Of a stretch of 64,000 bases of DNA, positions 29,776-39,968 are shown piece by piece. The position numbers and the translations under genes are program-made. How positions within the stretch are numbered: position 1 is the first letter of the stretch; each line of letters opens with the position of its first letter. The notes under the pieces are model-generated. The model saw only the letters and a list, made by a program, of their open reading frames with translations. It was not told where the DNA came from and made no database searches. The DNA is taken from positions 1,801-65,800 of the forward strand of contig CAZXNT010000002.1 in NCBI GenBank assembly GCA_964642155.1, read 5' to 3'. This DNA comes from an uncultured Candidatus Saccharibacteria bacterium. GTDB lineage: Bacteria; Patescibacteriota; Minisyncoccia; UBA6257; UBA9933.

Positions 29776-31050
29776 ATGAAATCTTTTGAAAAAATCGCTC
29801 AAATATTGCGTACCGACAAAGATAATATCCGCTTTATAGAAGAGCGGTTTTCGGCCATAACCGGCAAAAAAAATATAATTGACAAAATTGTTGAAGAAAA
29901 CGAAGCGATGATGAAGAGTCGGCTTGATGTTCTTGGCTTAAAAGAAAGCGCGACTGCCAAAGAAATTTATAACGCTTTAATTAGTAAAATTGAAGCGGAT
30001 GATGTTCAATTATTTAAAGTTTTGGGTTCGCCGTTAGTAACAATTTCAAGCGATTGGCAACGGGTTTTGGAAACGGCTCAATCAATAGCCAATAAGCCGA
30101 AAGGTTTTTTTCTTAAAAAAGAAAAAGCAATTGAATTTTTAAAAAATCAGCCGCCGCTGAAAATTCTTAAAACGCTTGGATATAAAGATGTTGGCGCAAT
30201 GGTTCAAAAAGAAAATATTTTTGAAATTTTTAGCGCCTTAAGATTTGTTGAAGGAAGCGATTGGCTCAATAAAGTTTTTTTCAAACAATATGAAAATCTT
30301 AAACCAAGCGATTTTGAAGAAAGAGAAATTGAAGTTTTGGCTTTACCGGAAAGATGGGCGAAAATCGCTCAAGAATTTATCGGGCACAAGCGTCATAATA
30401 TCAGCCATCTAAAAGAGTTGGGATTGATTTATGTTATTCCTTTGTCTTTGGAAATTTCAGGAGAAACTTTAAGAAATTTCGGTTTGATTCTCCATTATTT
30501 TAATGAAGTTCCTTTTTATTCCGACCTTGTTAAAAATTTTAGCGTTGCTGAAAAATCATTCGCAAATAATTTAATATCTTTATTACGCGGCGATGTTCTT
30601 GATGAAAGATTATTGAAATTAGACCCGCCTGCCGGCAAGGCAAATAAATCGCAGTGGCTTATTATCCAAAGATATTTGGCGAAAGATGATGAAAATGATT
30701 GGCGGTTATTTGAGCCGCATTTGAATCCAGAAGCGCTTCACTGGGAAAAAGCCGAGAAAATGTTGGTGAAAGCCGGTGAATCCCTTAATCATTTTTCCAG
30801 CGATATGTCTTTTTGGCAGAATTTGAATTGGGTGGGAGATTATTTCAAAAGCGACACAGGTATTGAAGTTTTGGTAAGTTTTAATTTAATTGATACCACA
30901 ATGTCTTTGGTAAAAGAAAAAGATATGATAAAATATCTGTATCATCACCAGGAAGCGCTTTGGAATAAAATTTTTTCAGAGTATTTTAGCGAAATAGAAA
31001 TGGAAGAAAAAATGAAAGAGAATATAATTAAGGGGTGGTTTCAAATATGA
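29776..31050 (+). CDS. Hypothetical protein
   Basis: 424-aa ORF with a 4-nt ATGA overlap with fba; no recognisable motif. Confidence 0.5.
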   Translation: MKSFEKIAQILRTDKDNIRFIEERFSAITGKKNIIDKIVEENEAMMKSRLDVLGLKESATAKEIYNALISKIEADDVQLFKVLGSPLVTISSDWQRVLETAQSIANKPKGFFLKKEKAIEFLKNQPPLKILKTLGYKDVGAMVQKENIFEIFSALRFVEGSDWLNKVFFKQYENLKPSDFEEREIEVLALPERWAKIAQEFIGHKRHNISHLKELGLIYVIPLSLEISGETLRNFGLILHYFNEVPFYSDLVKNFSVAEKSFANNLISLLRGDVLDERLLKLDPPAGKANKSQWLIIQRYLAKDDENDWRLFEPHLNPEALHWEKAEKMLVKAGESLNHFSSDMSFWQNLNWVGDYFKSDTGIEVLVSFNLIDTTMSLVKEKDMIKYLYHHQEALWNKIFSEYFSEIEMEEKMKENIIKGWFQI

Positions 31051-31922
31051 AAACTTTATATCAAATAATACAAGAAGCGGAACAATCGCGAATCGCTATC
31101 GGGCATTTTAATATTTCAGAATGCGTTGCATTGAAGGGAATTTTTAAAGCGGCTCAGGAATTGAATTTGCCGGTAATTATCGGTCTTTCCGAGGGCGAGC
31201 AAAATTTTATGGGGACAAAACGCGCGGCGTTAATGGTAAAAAGTTTGCGCGAGGAATTTAATTGGCCGATTTTTATCAATTCTGACCATACGAAATCATT
31301 AGAGAAAATAAAAGAAGCGGTTGAAGCCGGATTTGATTCGGTTCATTTTGACGGCGGTAAATTATCTTTTGAAGAAAACATTAAAAAAACAAAAGAAGTA
31401 GTTGAATATGTAAAAAGTGTCAATCCGGATATTTTAGTGGAAGCGGAACTCGGGTATCTGGGCGCCAGTTCAACGATTTTAAAGGAAATTCCCAAAGACG
31501 TCGCGATTAAAGAAGAAGATTTAACAAAGCCGGAACAAGCCGCTCAATTTGTAAAAGAAACAGGCATTGATTTATTGGCGCCGGCAGTCGGCAATATTCA
31601 CGGAATGTTTAAAAACGCGCCTAATCCCCACATTGATTCAGCGAGAATCGGGAAAATAAGAGAATTAGCCGGAGTGCCATTGGTTCTTCATGGCGGTTCG
31701 GGAATTCGCGACGAGGAATTTTTAAAAGCCATTGATGCCGGAATATCAATTATTCATATTAATACGGAAATAAGATTGGCCTGGCGACAGGGGATGGAAA
31801 AAGCGTTGGCGGAAAATCTTGAAGAAATTACGCCTTACAAAATTTTGCCGATAACAATTGAAGAAATTAAAAAAATGATTGAGAAAAGAATGAAATTATT
31901 CAGTAAACTGGACAAACAATAA
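31047..31922 (+). CDS. fba: Class II fructose/tagatose-bisphosphate aldolase
   Basis: IGHFNISE, NSDHTKS, VHFDGG, LVLHGGSG zinc-aldolase motifs. The start overlaps the upstream stop (ATGA). Confidence 0.85.
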   Translation: MKTLYQIIQEAEQSRIAIGHFNISECVALKGIFKAAQELNLPVIIGLSEGEQNFMGTKRAALMVKSLREEFNWPIFINSDHTKSLEKIKEAVEAGFDSVHFDGGKLSFEENIKKTKEVVEYVKSVNPDILVEAELGYLGASSTILKEIPKDVAIKEEDLTKPEQAAQFVKETGIDLLAPAVGNIHGMFKNAPNPHIDSARIGKIRELAGVPLVLHGGSGIRDEEFLKAIDAGISIIHINTEIRLAWRQGMEKALAENLEEITPYKILPITIEEIKKMIEKRMKLFSKLDKQ

Positions 31923-31942
31923 TAAATTAATATAATAAACTT

Positions 31943-32146
31943 ATGATTGAATTAAAACGAAGACAAGGAGAATCAATAAGTGTTTTTTTACACCGTTTTT
32001 CAACTAAAATGAAACAAAGCGGAATTTTGATGGAATCTAAAAGGCGTCGTTATAAAGACCGTCCGGTGAGCAAGGCCAAAATAAAACGTTCAGCAATCCA
32101 TCGGGCGGTAAAACAGAAGGAATTTGAAGCGGCAAAGAAAAGCTGA
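31943..32146 (+). CDS. rpsU: 30S ribosomal protein S21
   Basis: 67 aa, basic, with an LHRFSTKMKQSGIL...KAKIKRSA S21 pattern. Confidence 0.75.
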   Translation: MIELKRRQGESISVFLHRFSTKMKQSGILMESKRRRYKDRPVSKAKIKRSAIHRAVKQKEFEAAKKS

Positions 32147-32160
32147 TAAATTGGAAAGGA

Positions 32161-32625
32161 ATGATTCAACAAAAGATAAAAGAAGATTTAAATATTTTTT
32201 TGAAAGCCGGCAAAAGTTTTGAAGCCGGCGTTTTGCGTTTAATGTTCTCAGTTTTCAAGAATAAAGAAATTGAAAAGCGGGGGAAGGGACAGGAAACAGA
32301 ACTTACAGACGAAGAAATTGTTGACCTCTTAATGAAAGAAGTAAAAAAAAGAAAAGAAGCGGCGGATGTTTATAAGAAGGGTAATAGAGAAGATTTAGCC
32401 GAAAAAGAAATGAAAGAATTGGAAGTTATTAAGAAATATTTACCTAAGGAATTAAGCGCGGAAGAAATTGAAAAAATCGTTGATAAGGCGATTGCGGCAA
32501 CGAGCGCGACAAATATGAAAGATATCGGCAAAGTTATGGCAGAAGCGATGAAAGAGTTGAAAGGCCGAGCCGATGCGTCGGCAGTCGGCGCGATGATTAA
32601 GAAAAAATTAGAGAATGGCAAATAA
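32161..32625 (+). CDS. GatB/YqeY domain protein
   Basis: Size and helical KE-rich sequence pattern with the conserved ..DIGKVM..A... block. Confidence 0.65.
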   Translation: MIQQKIKEDLNIFLKAGKSFEAGVLRLMFSVFKNKEIEKRGKGQETELTDEEIVDLLMKEVKKRKEAADVYKKGNREDLAEKEMKELEVIKKYLPKELSAEEIEKIVDKAIAATSATNMKDIGKVMAEAMKELKGRADASAVGAMIKKKLENGK

Positions 32626-33040
32626 AATTACGGTTGTTAGTTTGGAAAAGCAATTTAAGAAGTTTGAAAAAGATATCAAAAAGGTTGCGTCGGCGATTTT
32701 TAAAATTTTAAACAAGGATAACGTCGCGGTTGATATTTATTTGACAGGCAACGCGCTGATGCGGCGGTTAAATAAAAAATATCGCGGCAAAGACAAAGCC
32801 GCAAATGTTTTAAGTTTTGTGGAGCCGACAAATTTTCCTCATCCGGAAACAAAGGCGCGTTTTTTAGGCGAAATATATCTCAATTTCCAATTTTCTAATT
32901 TCCTAATTTCTCAATTATTAATTCACGCCATTCTTCATTTACTTGGCTATACTCATAAGGGAAAAAGTGATAGAATGAAAATGGAAAAAAAAGAAAACCA
33001 TGTACATCACCTCTTTAGACATAGGAACTTCGCAAATTAA
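32615..33040 (+). CDS. ybeY: rRNA maturation endoribonuclease YbeY
   Basis: HAILHLLGYTH zinc-binding H..LHLLGY(D/T)H motif. Upstream N..Y.G.D..TNVLSF block. Confidence 0.8.
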   Translation: MANKITVVSLEKQFKKFEKDIKKVASAIFKILNKDNVAVDIYLTGNALMRRLNKKYRGKDKAANVLSFVEPTNFPHPETKARFLGEIYLNFQFSNFLISQLLIHAILHLLGYTHKGKSDRMKMEKKENHVHHLFRHRNFAN

Positions 33041-34265
33041 AGCTTTGGTTGCCGAAGCGGGAAAAGGCGGCAAATTATCTTTGATTGCCGCTTTTAAATG
33101 TCCGTCAAGCGGTATTCGCAAAGGGGAAGTAAGCGATATTAACGAATCATCTTTCTCTTTAAAAAGCATTTTTGAAAATTTATTTTCACTTAATAAATCG
33201 GCGTTAAAAAATATTTTTGTGAATATTGGCGGCGCGAACGTTAAATCCCATAATTCAAAAGGGATAGTGGCGGTTTCGCGCGCTGATAATGAAATTTCTC
33301 AAGACGACATTGATAGGGTGATTAAGGCGTCTCAAGCCGTTAAACTATCGCCGAACAGAATGATTATTCATACCGTTACCAGGGAATTTATTATTGATGG
33401 CGTCGGCGACGCGCGGGAGCCGTTGGGAATGTTCGGCGCGCGGTTGGAAGTCAACAGCGCGGTCATAGACGCTCCTTCGCAGAATTATAAAAATATCTCC
33501 AGACTGATTGAAACACTTGGCGGCAAAATAAGCGGATTGATTTACGGGCCTCTGGCGGCTTCCCGTTCAACTCTCGCGAAAATTAAAAAAGATTTAGGCG
33601 CGGTTTTGATTGATATTGGCGGCGGTTCCACCACGATGAGCGTTTATGAAGAGGGAAAACTTTTACATACGGCCGGTTTTCCAATCGGCTCCGGTCATAT
33701 CACCAATGATTTAGCGATAGGCCTTAAATGTTCGGTTAAATTAGCGGAAGTATTTAAAATTTTTTTCGGAAATGCTTTAGCCAAAGAAATTTCCAGCAAA
33801 GAAAAAATATCGCCCAATGACATTGAGGGAAAAATAGGTATGGAAATTTCCGAACTTGACAAAAATTTTAAATCCGTTGTTTCTCGCCGGGAAGTCGCGG
33901 AAATTATAGAAAGCCGGTTGACGGAAATTTTTGAATTTGTTAATAATGAGTTAAAATTAATCGGTAAGAACGGCCGGTTGCCGGCAGGGGTAATACTTTG
34001 CGGTGGCGGAGCAAAAATGTCGTCAATCGTTGATCTTGTCAAAGAAGAATTAAAACTTCCAGCTGAGATCGGATTTCCCGATACCGGTGAAATAGAAATT
34101 ATTGACCAAAATGTCAGCAATGAAATTAATGACCCGGAATTCGCCGTTTCTTTGGGACTGCTTTTACTGGCGAAAGACCAATGGATGAGGAATAACGAGT
34201 GGCCGATTTCCGGCAAGTTTTCTTTTATAAATTTAAAAAAGATTTTTAAATATTTTACGCCTTAA
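33000..34265 (+). CDS. ftsA: Cell division protein FtsA
   Basis: Actin-like ATPase motifs LDIGTSQIKALV, IDIGGGSTT, and a C-terminal amphipathic tail. Confidence 0.9.
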   Translation: MYITSLDIGTSQIKALVAEAGKGGKLSLIAAFKCPSSGIRKGEVSDINESSFSLKSIFENLFSLNKSALKNIFVNIGGANVKSHNSKGIVAVSRADNEISQDDIDRVIKASQAVKLSPNRMIIHTVTREFIIDGVGDAREPLGMFGARLEVNSAVIDAPSQNYKNISRLIETLGGKISGLIYGPLAASRSTLAKIKKDLGAVLIDIGGGSTTMSVYEEGKLLHTAGFPIGSGHITNDLAIGLKCSVKLAEVFKIFFGNALAKEISSKEKISPNDIEGKIGMEISELDKNFKSVVSRREVAEIIESRLTEIFEFVNNELKLIGKNGRLPAGVILCGGGAKMSSIVDLVKEELKLPAEIGFPDTGEIEIIDQNVSNEINDPEFAVSLGLLLLAKDQWMRNNEWPISGKFSFINLKKIFKYFTP

Positions 34266-34277
34266 ATTCCAAAAATA

Positions 34278-35441
34278 ATGGCAAAAAGATCTAAAAAACC
34301 AAAAAATATCAATCTGGCGAAAATAAGAATCGTCGGCGTCGGGGGAGCCGGCGGTAATGCCGTGACAAGAATGAGCGATGAATTTCCCCGTGGCACGGAT
34401 TCAGTTGTTATCAATACTGATGCTCAGGATTTGAATTATTGTATTTCCAGAAAGAAAATTTGTATTGGAAAAAATCTTACTAAGGGTTTGGGAACCGGAA
34501 TGAACCCGGATTTAGGCCGCCAAGCAGCCGAAGAAAACCAAGCGGAAATTGCCGAAGCGCTAAGCGGAGCGGATATGGTTTTTTTAACAGCCGGATTCGG
34601 CGGCGGAACCGGAACCGGCGCTTTACCGGTGGTCGCGGAAATCGCCAAAGATTTGGGAATTTTAACCGTTGCCATAGTCACCAAACCGTTTGTTTTTGAA
34701 GGATTTGAACGTCGAAGAATAGCTGAAGAAGGAATAGCGAGAATAAAAGATAAGGTTGACACTTTAATCACCATTCCCAATGACCGGATATTTTCGGTAA
34801 TCAATCAAAATACTCCTTTAATAAAAGCTTTTGAAGCGGTTGATGAGATTCTTAAAAATTCCGTTATTGGGGTTGCTGATTTAATTGCCACTGCCGGGAT
34901 TATCAACGTTGATTTTGCCGATGTAAAAGCCATAATTCAAAACGCCGGTTCGGCGATTATCGGCATCGGCTATTCCAGTGGAGCCGAACGCGCCACAACA
35001 GCCGCTCATTTGGCGATTAATTCTCCTCTGTTGGAAATTTCCATTGACGGAGCGAAAAGAATTTTATTCAGCGTTTCCGGTCATCGCGATTTAAAGATGA
35101 GTGAGATAAACGATGTGGCGAGAATGATTGCCGAACACGCCAATCCTTCGGCAAAAATAATTTTCGGCGCCCATCATGACCGCAAACTTAAAAAGGGGCA
35201 ATTGAAAGTGACCTTAATAGCTGCGGATTTTAACGGAGATGTGGTAAAATCTTCAAACAATGGAATTTTACCAAATCTTTTTATTTCAGAAGAAATTGTT
35301 CCGAAGATTGAAACGCCAATGATAAGCAGTGCCAAAGACGTAAAAAAAAAAGAAAAAGAAGAAATGATAAACGAAGAAAAAAACGGAAATTGGGACGACG
35401 TGTATGATATTCCGGCATTTTTAAGGAAGAAAAAGAAATAA
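34278..35441 (+). CDS. ftsZ: Cell division GTPase FtsZ
   Basis: GVGGAGGNAV and tubulin signature GGGTGTGA. Confidence 0.95.
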   Translation: MAKRSKKPKNINLAKIRIVGVGGAGGNAVTRMSDEFPRGTDSVVINTDAQDLNYCISRKKICIGKNLTKGLGTGMNPDLGRQAAEENQAEIAEALSGADMVFLTAGFGGGTGTGALPVVAEIAKDLGILTVAIVTKPFVFEGFERRRIAEEGIARIKDKVDTLITIPNDRIFSVINQNTPLIKAFEAVDEILKNSVIGVADLIATAGIINVDFADVKAIIQNAGSAIIGIGYSSGAERATTAAHLAINSPLLEISIDGAKRILFSVSGHRDLKMSEINDVARMIAEHANPSAKIIFGAHHDRKLKKGQLKVTLIAADFNGDVVKSSNNGILPNLFISEEIVPKIETPMISSAKDVKKKEKEEMINEEKNGNWDDVYDIPAFLRKKKK

Positions 35442-35442
35442 T

Positions 35443-38043
35443 ATGTTTAAATTAATCCGCAAACGTAACGGTCAAACAGCGCCGTTTAAAATTGAAAAAA
35501 TAATCAATGCCGTTTACAGGGCTTCTGTTGCGGTTGGAGAGCCGAATTGGCAATTGGCGACGGAATTCTCAAAGGAAGTGTTTCGTCGGTTGCAGAAAAA
35601 AATAAAAAAAGGCGCGATTCCCGCAGTTGAAGAAGTTCAAGATGTTGTGGAACAAGTTTTGATTGAAAAAGTCCATCCTCGTATTGCCAAGGCTTATATT
35701 TTATACCGCCAGCATCGTGCGGAAATAAGAAAAGAAAAAGAACAAGTTTTGAATAAGGAGGAGGTAGATGAAGTTGATAAAAAATTTGACATTAACGCCT
35801 TGAGAGTTTTGGCGTCGCGTTATTTGAGAAAAAGCGATGATGGAAAAATAATTGAATCGCCCAAACAGCTTTTTGAAAGAGTGGCGACGCACACGGCGAT
35901 TTCTTCTCTTTTTTACGATTCCAAGATTTACAAAAAAGCGGGCGGAAATCCGGAACGCCGTTTTGAAGAATTTGAACCGATAAAATTCGCCGGCAAATTT
36001 TCAATAGGTAAATACAAACTTAACCAATTTCATTTGGAAGGAATGAAAAGGATGTATGACCGATTGGCAAAAGAGAAAAAAATAAAAATTTCTTGGCAGG
36101 GTTTTTTAGAGCTTTTTAAAAAAGGATATTTTAACAAGTATGAATCTGAAATTGACGCTTATTATAATTTAATGGTAGAGCGCCGTTTTATGCCCAACAC
36201 TCCGGCTTTGGCGAATTTTGGCAATTATTTCGGAATGGGTTCGGCTTGTTTCGTTCTCGGCATAGAAGATTCCATAGAATCAATAATGGATTCTTTGAAA
36301 GCCGCGGCGATTATTTTCAAGTCTGGCGGCGGAGTGGGATATAATTTTTCTCATTTGAGACCTGAAAATGATTTTATTAAAACCACTGGCGGCGCGTCTT
36401 CTGGTCCAATCAGTTTTATGTCTATGTATGACAATATGACGGATGTGATTAAGCAAGGCGGAATCAGGCGAGGCGCCAATATGGGAATTTTAAACAGCGA
36501 CCATCCGGATATTGATAAATTCATTAAAGCTAAAGAAGGGAATAAAGCTTTGCGGAATTTTAACATTTCAATAATGGTTAAGCCGGAATTCTGGCAATGT
36601 TTAAAAGAAGGCAAAATGTATCCTTTAATAAATCCGAGAAACGGAAAAGTTGTTAAAGAAATAGACCCGAAACAGCTTTTTGATATGATTACTTACCAAG
36701 TTTGGGAATCGGCTGAACCGGGAATTTTGTTTTATGACCGAATCAATGAATACAATCCTTTTGCGAAATCATTGGGGCCGATTGAATGTACTAATCCTTG
36801 CGGTGAAGTTTTACTTTATCCGTTTGAATCCTGTAATCTCGGCTCAATAAATATTTGGGAATATTTAAAGAAAAATGGCGGCAAAAAACCGCATTTTGAC
36901 TGGCAGGCGCTTGAACGCGACGTTAAAATCGCCACAAGATTTTTGGATAATGTGGTGGATATTAATAAATATCCTTCGCCGGAAATTGAAGAAATGAGTT
37001 TAAACACGCGCAAACTTGGGTTGGGCGTAATGGGCGTTGCCGATTTGTTTTTTGAACTTGAAATTCCTTACGCCTCCAAACAGTGTCTAGAATTTATGGA
37101 ACGTTTAATGGAATTCATCAATTATCACGCTAAGCTTGCTTCAGTTGAACTTTCGAAAGCGCGCGGTCGAATGCCATATTTTGATAAGTCATTTTATAAA
37201 GAAGGGAAATTGCCGTTTGCCGGATTTAAAGACAAAAAATCTTGGCATCTTGATTGGAATGGAATCGTGAAAAAAATAAAAAAATACGGCATCAGAAACG
37301 GATTTAACACCGTTATCGCGCCGACCGGTTCAATCTCAATGATTGCCGGAACTTCCAGCGGCATTGAACCGATATTCAGTTTGGTTTTTGAAAAAAGCGT
37401 GGCAATCGGAAATTTTTATTATGTTGACCCGGTGTTTGAAGAAAGAATGAGAAAAGAAGGATTAATGGATGAAGACTTAATAAAAGATGCCTCGGCGTTG
37501 AACGGTAGCATTAAAAACATCACTTATATTCCGGCGAACATTAAAAAGATTTTTTTAACTGCCATGGATATTTCTCCAGTTGACCACATTAAAGTTTTGG
37601 CGGCATTTCAAAAATGGACTGATTCGTCAATTTCAAAAACGAATAATTTTCCGTCGGACGCCTCGGTTGATGATATTAAAAAAGCTTATTTATTGGCTTA
37701 TGAATTGGGGTGCAAGGGCGTAACTGTTTACCGCGATAAATCTTTGAAAAATCAGGTTTTAATCGGCGGGAGCATCAAAAAGAAATTAAAAGAAAAAGAT
37801 TCTTCACAGCATTTAACACTTGTTAAAAAAGATGAAAAAACAAAGGGGATGGCTGTTTATGCCGAAGCTGGAGCTAATATTTCTTTGACTCCGTCCAGTA
37901 GCTTGGGATTGTCGCCGGCTGATAACGGCGATGAGCCGCAAGGAAAAAATTCTTTGAAAATGTGCCCTTCTTGCAATGTCGCGCTCGCGAAGCAGGAAGG
38001 ATGCATCAAGTGCCCGAGTTGCGGTTGGGGACTATGCGGTTAA
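35443..38043 (+). CDS. nrdJ: Class II (adenosylcobalamin-dependent) ribonucleotide reductase with an N-terminal ATP-cone and a C-terminal zinc ribbon
   Basis: ATP-cone LIRKRNGQTAPFKIEKI. Active-site TNPCGE...ESCNLGSIN. C-terminal CPSC...CIKCPSCG. Confidence 0.85.
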   Translation: MFKLIRKRNGQTAPFKIEKIINAVYRASVAVGEPNWQLATEFSKEVFRRLQKKIKKGAIPAVEEVQDVVEQVLIEKVHPRIAKAYILYRQHRAEIRKEKEQVLNKEEVDEVDKKFDINALRVLASRYLRKSDDGKIIESPKQLFERVATHTAISSLFYDSKIYKKAGGNPERRFEEFEPIKFAGKFSIGKYKLNQFHLEGMKRMYDRLAKEKKIKISWQGFLELFKKGYFNKYESEIDAYYNLMVERRFMPNTPALANFGNYFGMGSACFVLGIEDSIESIMDSLKAAAIIFKSGGGVGYNFSHLRPENDFIKTTGGASSGPISFMSMYDNMTDVIKQGGIRRGANMGILNSDHPDIDKFIKAKEGNKALRNFNISIMVKPEFWQCLKEGKMYPLINPRNGKVVKEIDPKQLFDMITYQVWESAEPGILFYDRINEYNPFAKSLGPIECTNPCGEVLLYPFESCNLGSINIWEYLKKNGGKKPHFDWQALERDVKIATRFLDNVVDINKYPSPEIEEMSLNTRKLGLGVMGVADLFFELEIPYASKQCLEFMERLMEFINYHAKLASVELSKARGRMPYFDKSFYKEGKLPFAGFKDKKSWHLDWNGIVKKIKKYGIRNGFNTVIAPTGSISMIAGTSSGIEPIFSLVFEKSVAIGNFYYVDPVFEERMRKEGLMDEDLIKDASALNGSIKNITYIPANIKKIFLTAMDISPVDHIKVLAAFQKWTDSSISKTNNFPSDASVDDIKKAYLLAYELGCKGVTVYRDKSLKNQVLIGGSIKKKLKEKDSSQHLTLVKKDEKTKGMAVYAEAGANISLTPSSSLGLSPADNGDEPQGKNSLKMCPSCNVALAKQEGCIKCPSCGWGLCG

Positions 38044-38048
38044 TCTTT

Positions 38049-39752
38049 ATGCATCTTTTACAAGAAGACATCAAAAAAATAGTGGAATCTACGGGGTTGG
38101 TGAATGAGCATGATTATCAGGTAGCTGAAGAAGAAGCGGTTCGCAGTAACCGTTTGGTTTTGGATATTCTTATCGGTAAGGGATTTATTGATGAAAAATA
38201 TCTCGCCGGAAGCATCGCTAAATTTTTTAATGTTCCGCAAATTAATCTTTCCACAGTTGATTTTTCTCAAGACGTTTTAAAATTAATTCCCGAAGCTTTT
38301 GCTAAAAGCCGCGGCGTGATTCTTTTTGAATTTAATCCGGAAGGAAAACGGGGGAAATTGGCGATGCTTGACCCGGAAGATTTTTATACCATTAATTATC
38401 TTCGGACATTGCTTAACGCCTGGTTGGATATTTATTTAATGTCGCAATCCGATTTAAAATTCGGCCTTAGACAGTATAAAAAGAAAATAAACGAGGAATT
38501 TGGAAAAGTCATTGAAGAAAATCTTAAAGAATCCATAGGGATTGCCGGAGCGCTGGATATGTCCAAAATGATTGAAGCGGTGCCGATAGTCAATATCGTC
38601 AATACGATTATTGAACACGCCGCCACTTTGGGGGCGTCAGACATTCATTTTGAACCCTTTGAAAAAAAATTAACGGTGCGTTATCGCATAGACGGGATTT
38701 TGCAGGAAATTTTAAATTTGCCGCCGGTGATAGCGCCGATTTTAGTGGCGAGGATAAAAGTTATGGCGAATTTGCAGATAGACATTCATAACGCGCCGCA
38801 AGACGGTCGTTTCAGATTTCCCATAGAAGACCAATTTGTTGACGTTCGCGTTTCCGTAATTCCGACTTTTCACGGAGAAAAAGGCGAAATGCGCTTATTA
38901 AAAGGTTCTTTACGGCCTTTGACACTTTATGAATTGGGATTTTCCCAAAATGATTTGCCGAGAATAGAAATAGCGATTAAAAAACCACGCGGAATGATTT
39001 TAGTGACCGGTCCGACGGGGCATGGGAAAACAACGACACTTTATGCCATTTTGGGTATTCTGAATACGCCGAAAGTGAATATTACTTCGGTTGAAGACCC
39101 GATTGAATATGACATCCCGGGCGTTAATCAGACGCAGGTTAATGTCAAAGCCGGTCTCACGTTTGCTTCAGGATTGCGTTCTTTGGTGAGACAAAATCCG
39201 GACATTATTATGGTTGGTGAAATTCGCGATTCGGAAACCGCGGATATCGCTATAAACGCCGCTTTAACCGGCCATCGTTTGCTTTCAACGCTTCATACCA
39301 ATGACGCTCCGACCGCCGTCCCTCGGTTGATTGATTTGGGCGTGCCGCCATTTTTGATTTCTTCAACGCTTAACGTGGTGATTGCCCAGCGCTTGGTGCG
39401 CAGAATTTGCAACGCTTGCGTTCGGTCAATAAAACCAAGCAAAGAATTATTAAACGTGTTACAAAGCCATTTAAAAAGCATGGGCGTAAAAGCGAAAATG
39501 CCGGAAACGATTTATCAGGGTGAGGGATGCGGTATCTGCGGTTTTTCCGGCTATCGCGGACAAATAGGGCTTTTTGAAATTATTTATGTTTCGGATGCTA
39601 TCCGCGAATTGGTTATTGCCAAAGCGTCAACCAATATTATTAAAGACAAAGCGCGCGCCGAAGGAATGAAACTTATGTTTGAAGACGGGCTATCAAAAAT
39701 CGAATCCGGCCAAACTACTTTGGAGGAAGTGTTGAGAGTGGCGGTGGAGTAA
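38049..39752 (+). CDS. pilB: Type II secretion / type IV pilus assembly ATPase (GspE/PilB family)
   Basis: Walker A GPTGHGKTTT, Asp-box, Walker B, and a tetracysteine CNACV...CGICG. I chose the ATG at 38049, just after the nrdJ stop, over the 37962 extension. Confidence 0.85.
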   Translation: MHLLQEDIKKIVESTGLVNEHDYQVAEEEAVRSNRLVLDILIGKGFIDEKYLAGSIAKFFNVPQINLSTVDFSQDVLKLIPEAFAKSRGVILFEFNPEGKRGKLAMLDPEDFYTINYLRTLLNAWLDIYLMSQSDLKFGLRQYKKKINEEFGKVIEENLKESIGIAGALDMSKMIEAVPIVNIVNTIIEHAATLGASDIHFEPFEKKLTVRYRIDGILQEILNLPPVIAPILVARIKVMANLQIDIHNAPQDGRFRFPIEDQFVDVRVSVIPTFHGEKGEMRLLKGSLRPLTLYELGFSQNDLPRIEIAIKKPRGMILVTGPTGHGKTTTLYAILGILNTPKVNITSVEDPIEYDIPGVNQTQVNVKAGLTFASGLRSLVRQNPDIIMVGEIRDSETADIAINAALTGHRLLSTLHTNDAPTAVPRLIDLGVPPFLISSTLNVVIAQRLVRRICNACVRSIKPSKELLNVLQSHLKSMGVKAKMPETIYQGEGCGICGFSGYRGQIGLFEIIYVSDAIRELVIAKASTNIIKDKARAEGMKLMFEDGLSKIESGQTTLEEVLRVAVE

Positions 39753-39893
39753 AGGGCTTTGTTCCCCCGCGTTGGCGGGGGATTACAAAACCTTTACCCC
39801 GCCCTCTAAGCATATGGAATTAAAACAAGATAATTTATTAAGATTAAATTATGATTTCTGAATTAGTCTTTGTTTAACAGGCATAGAGGGCGG

Positions 39894-39968
39894 GGTGCTC
39901 AATGTTGTAGTGAAATTTATTTCGCTCGGCATTGAGTCTTGCTCATAAATTTCAACAACATTGGCATG
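39894..39968 (+). repeat. 75-nt duplicated leader element, copy 2 (it includes the fpg ATG)
   Basis: See copy 1 (28626-28700). It is preceded by a long-range inverted repeat ccccgccctctaagc / gcatagagggcgggg. Confidence 0.85.

Noticed and set aside
37962-38048. Start of the pilB ORF at 37962, overlapping the nrdJ zinc ribbon
   Set aside because: The extension is read through the conserved CxxC...CxxC ribbon of nrdJ in another frame. The ATG at 38049, immediately after the nrdJ TAA, gives a normal PilB N-terminus.
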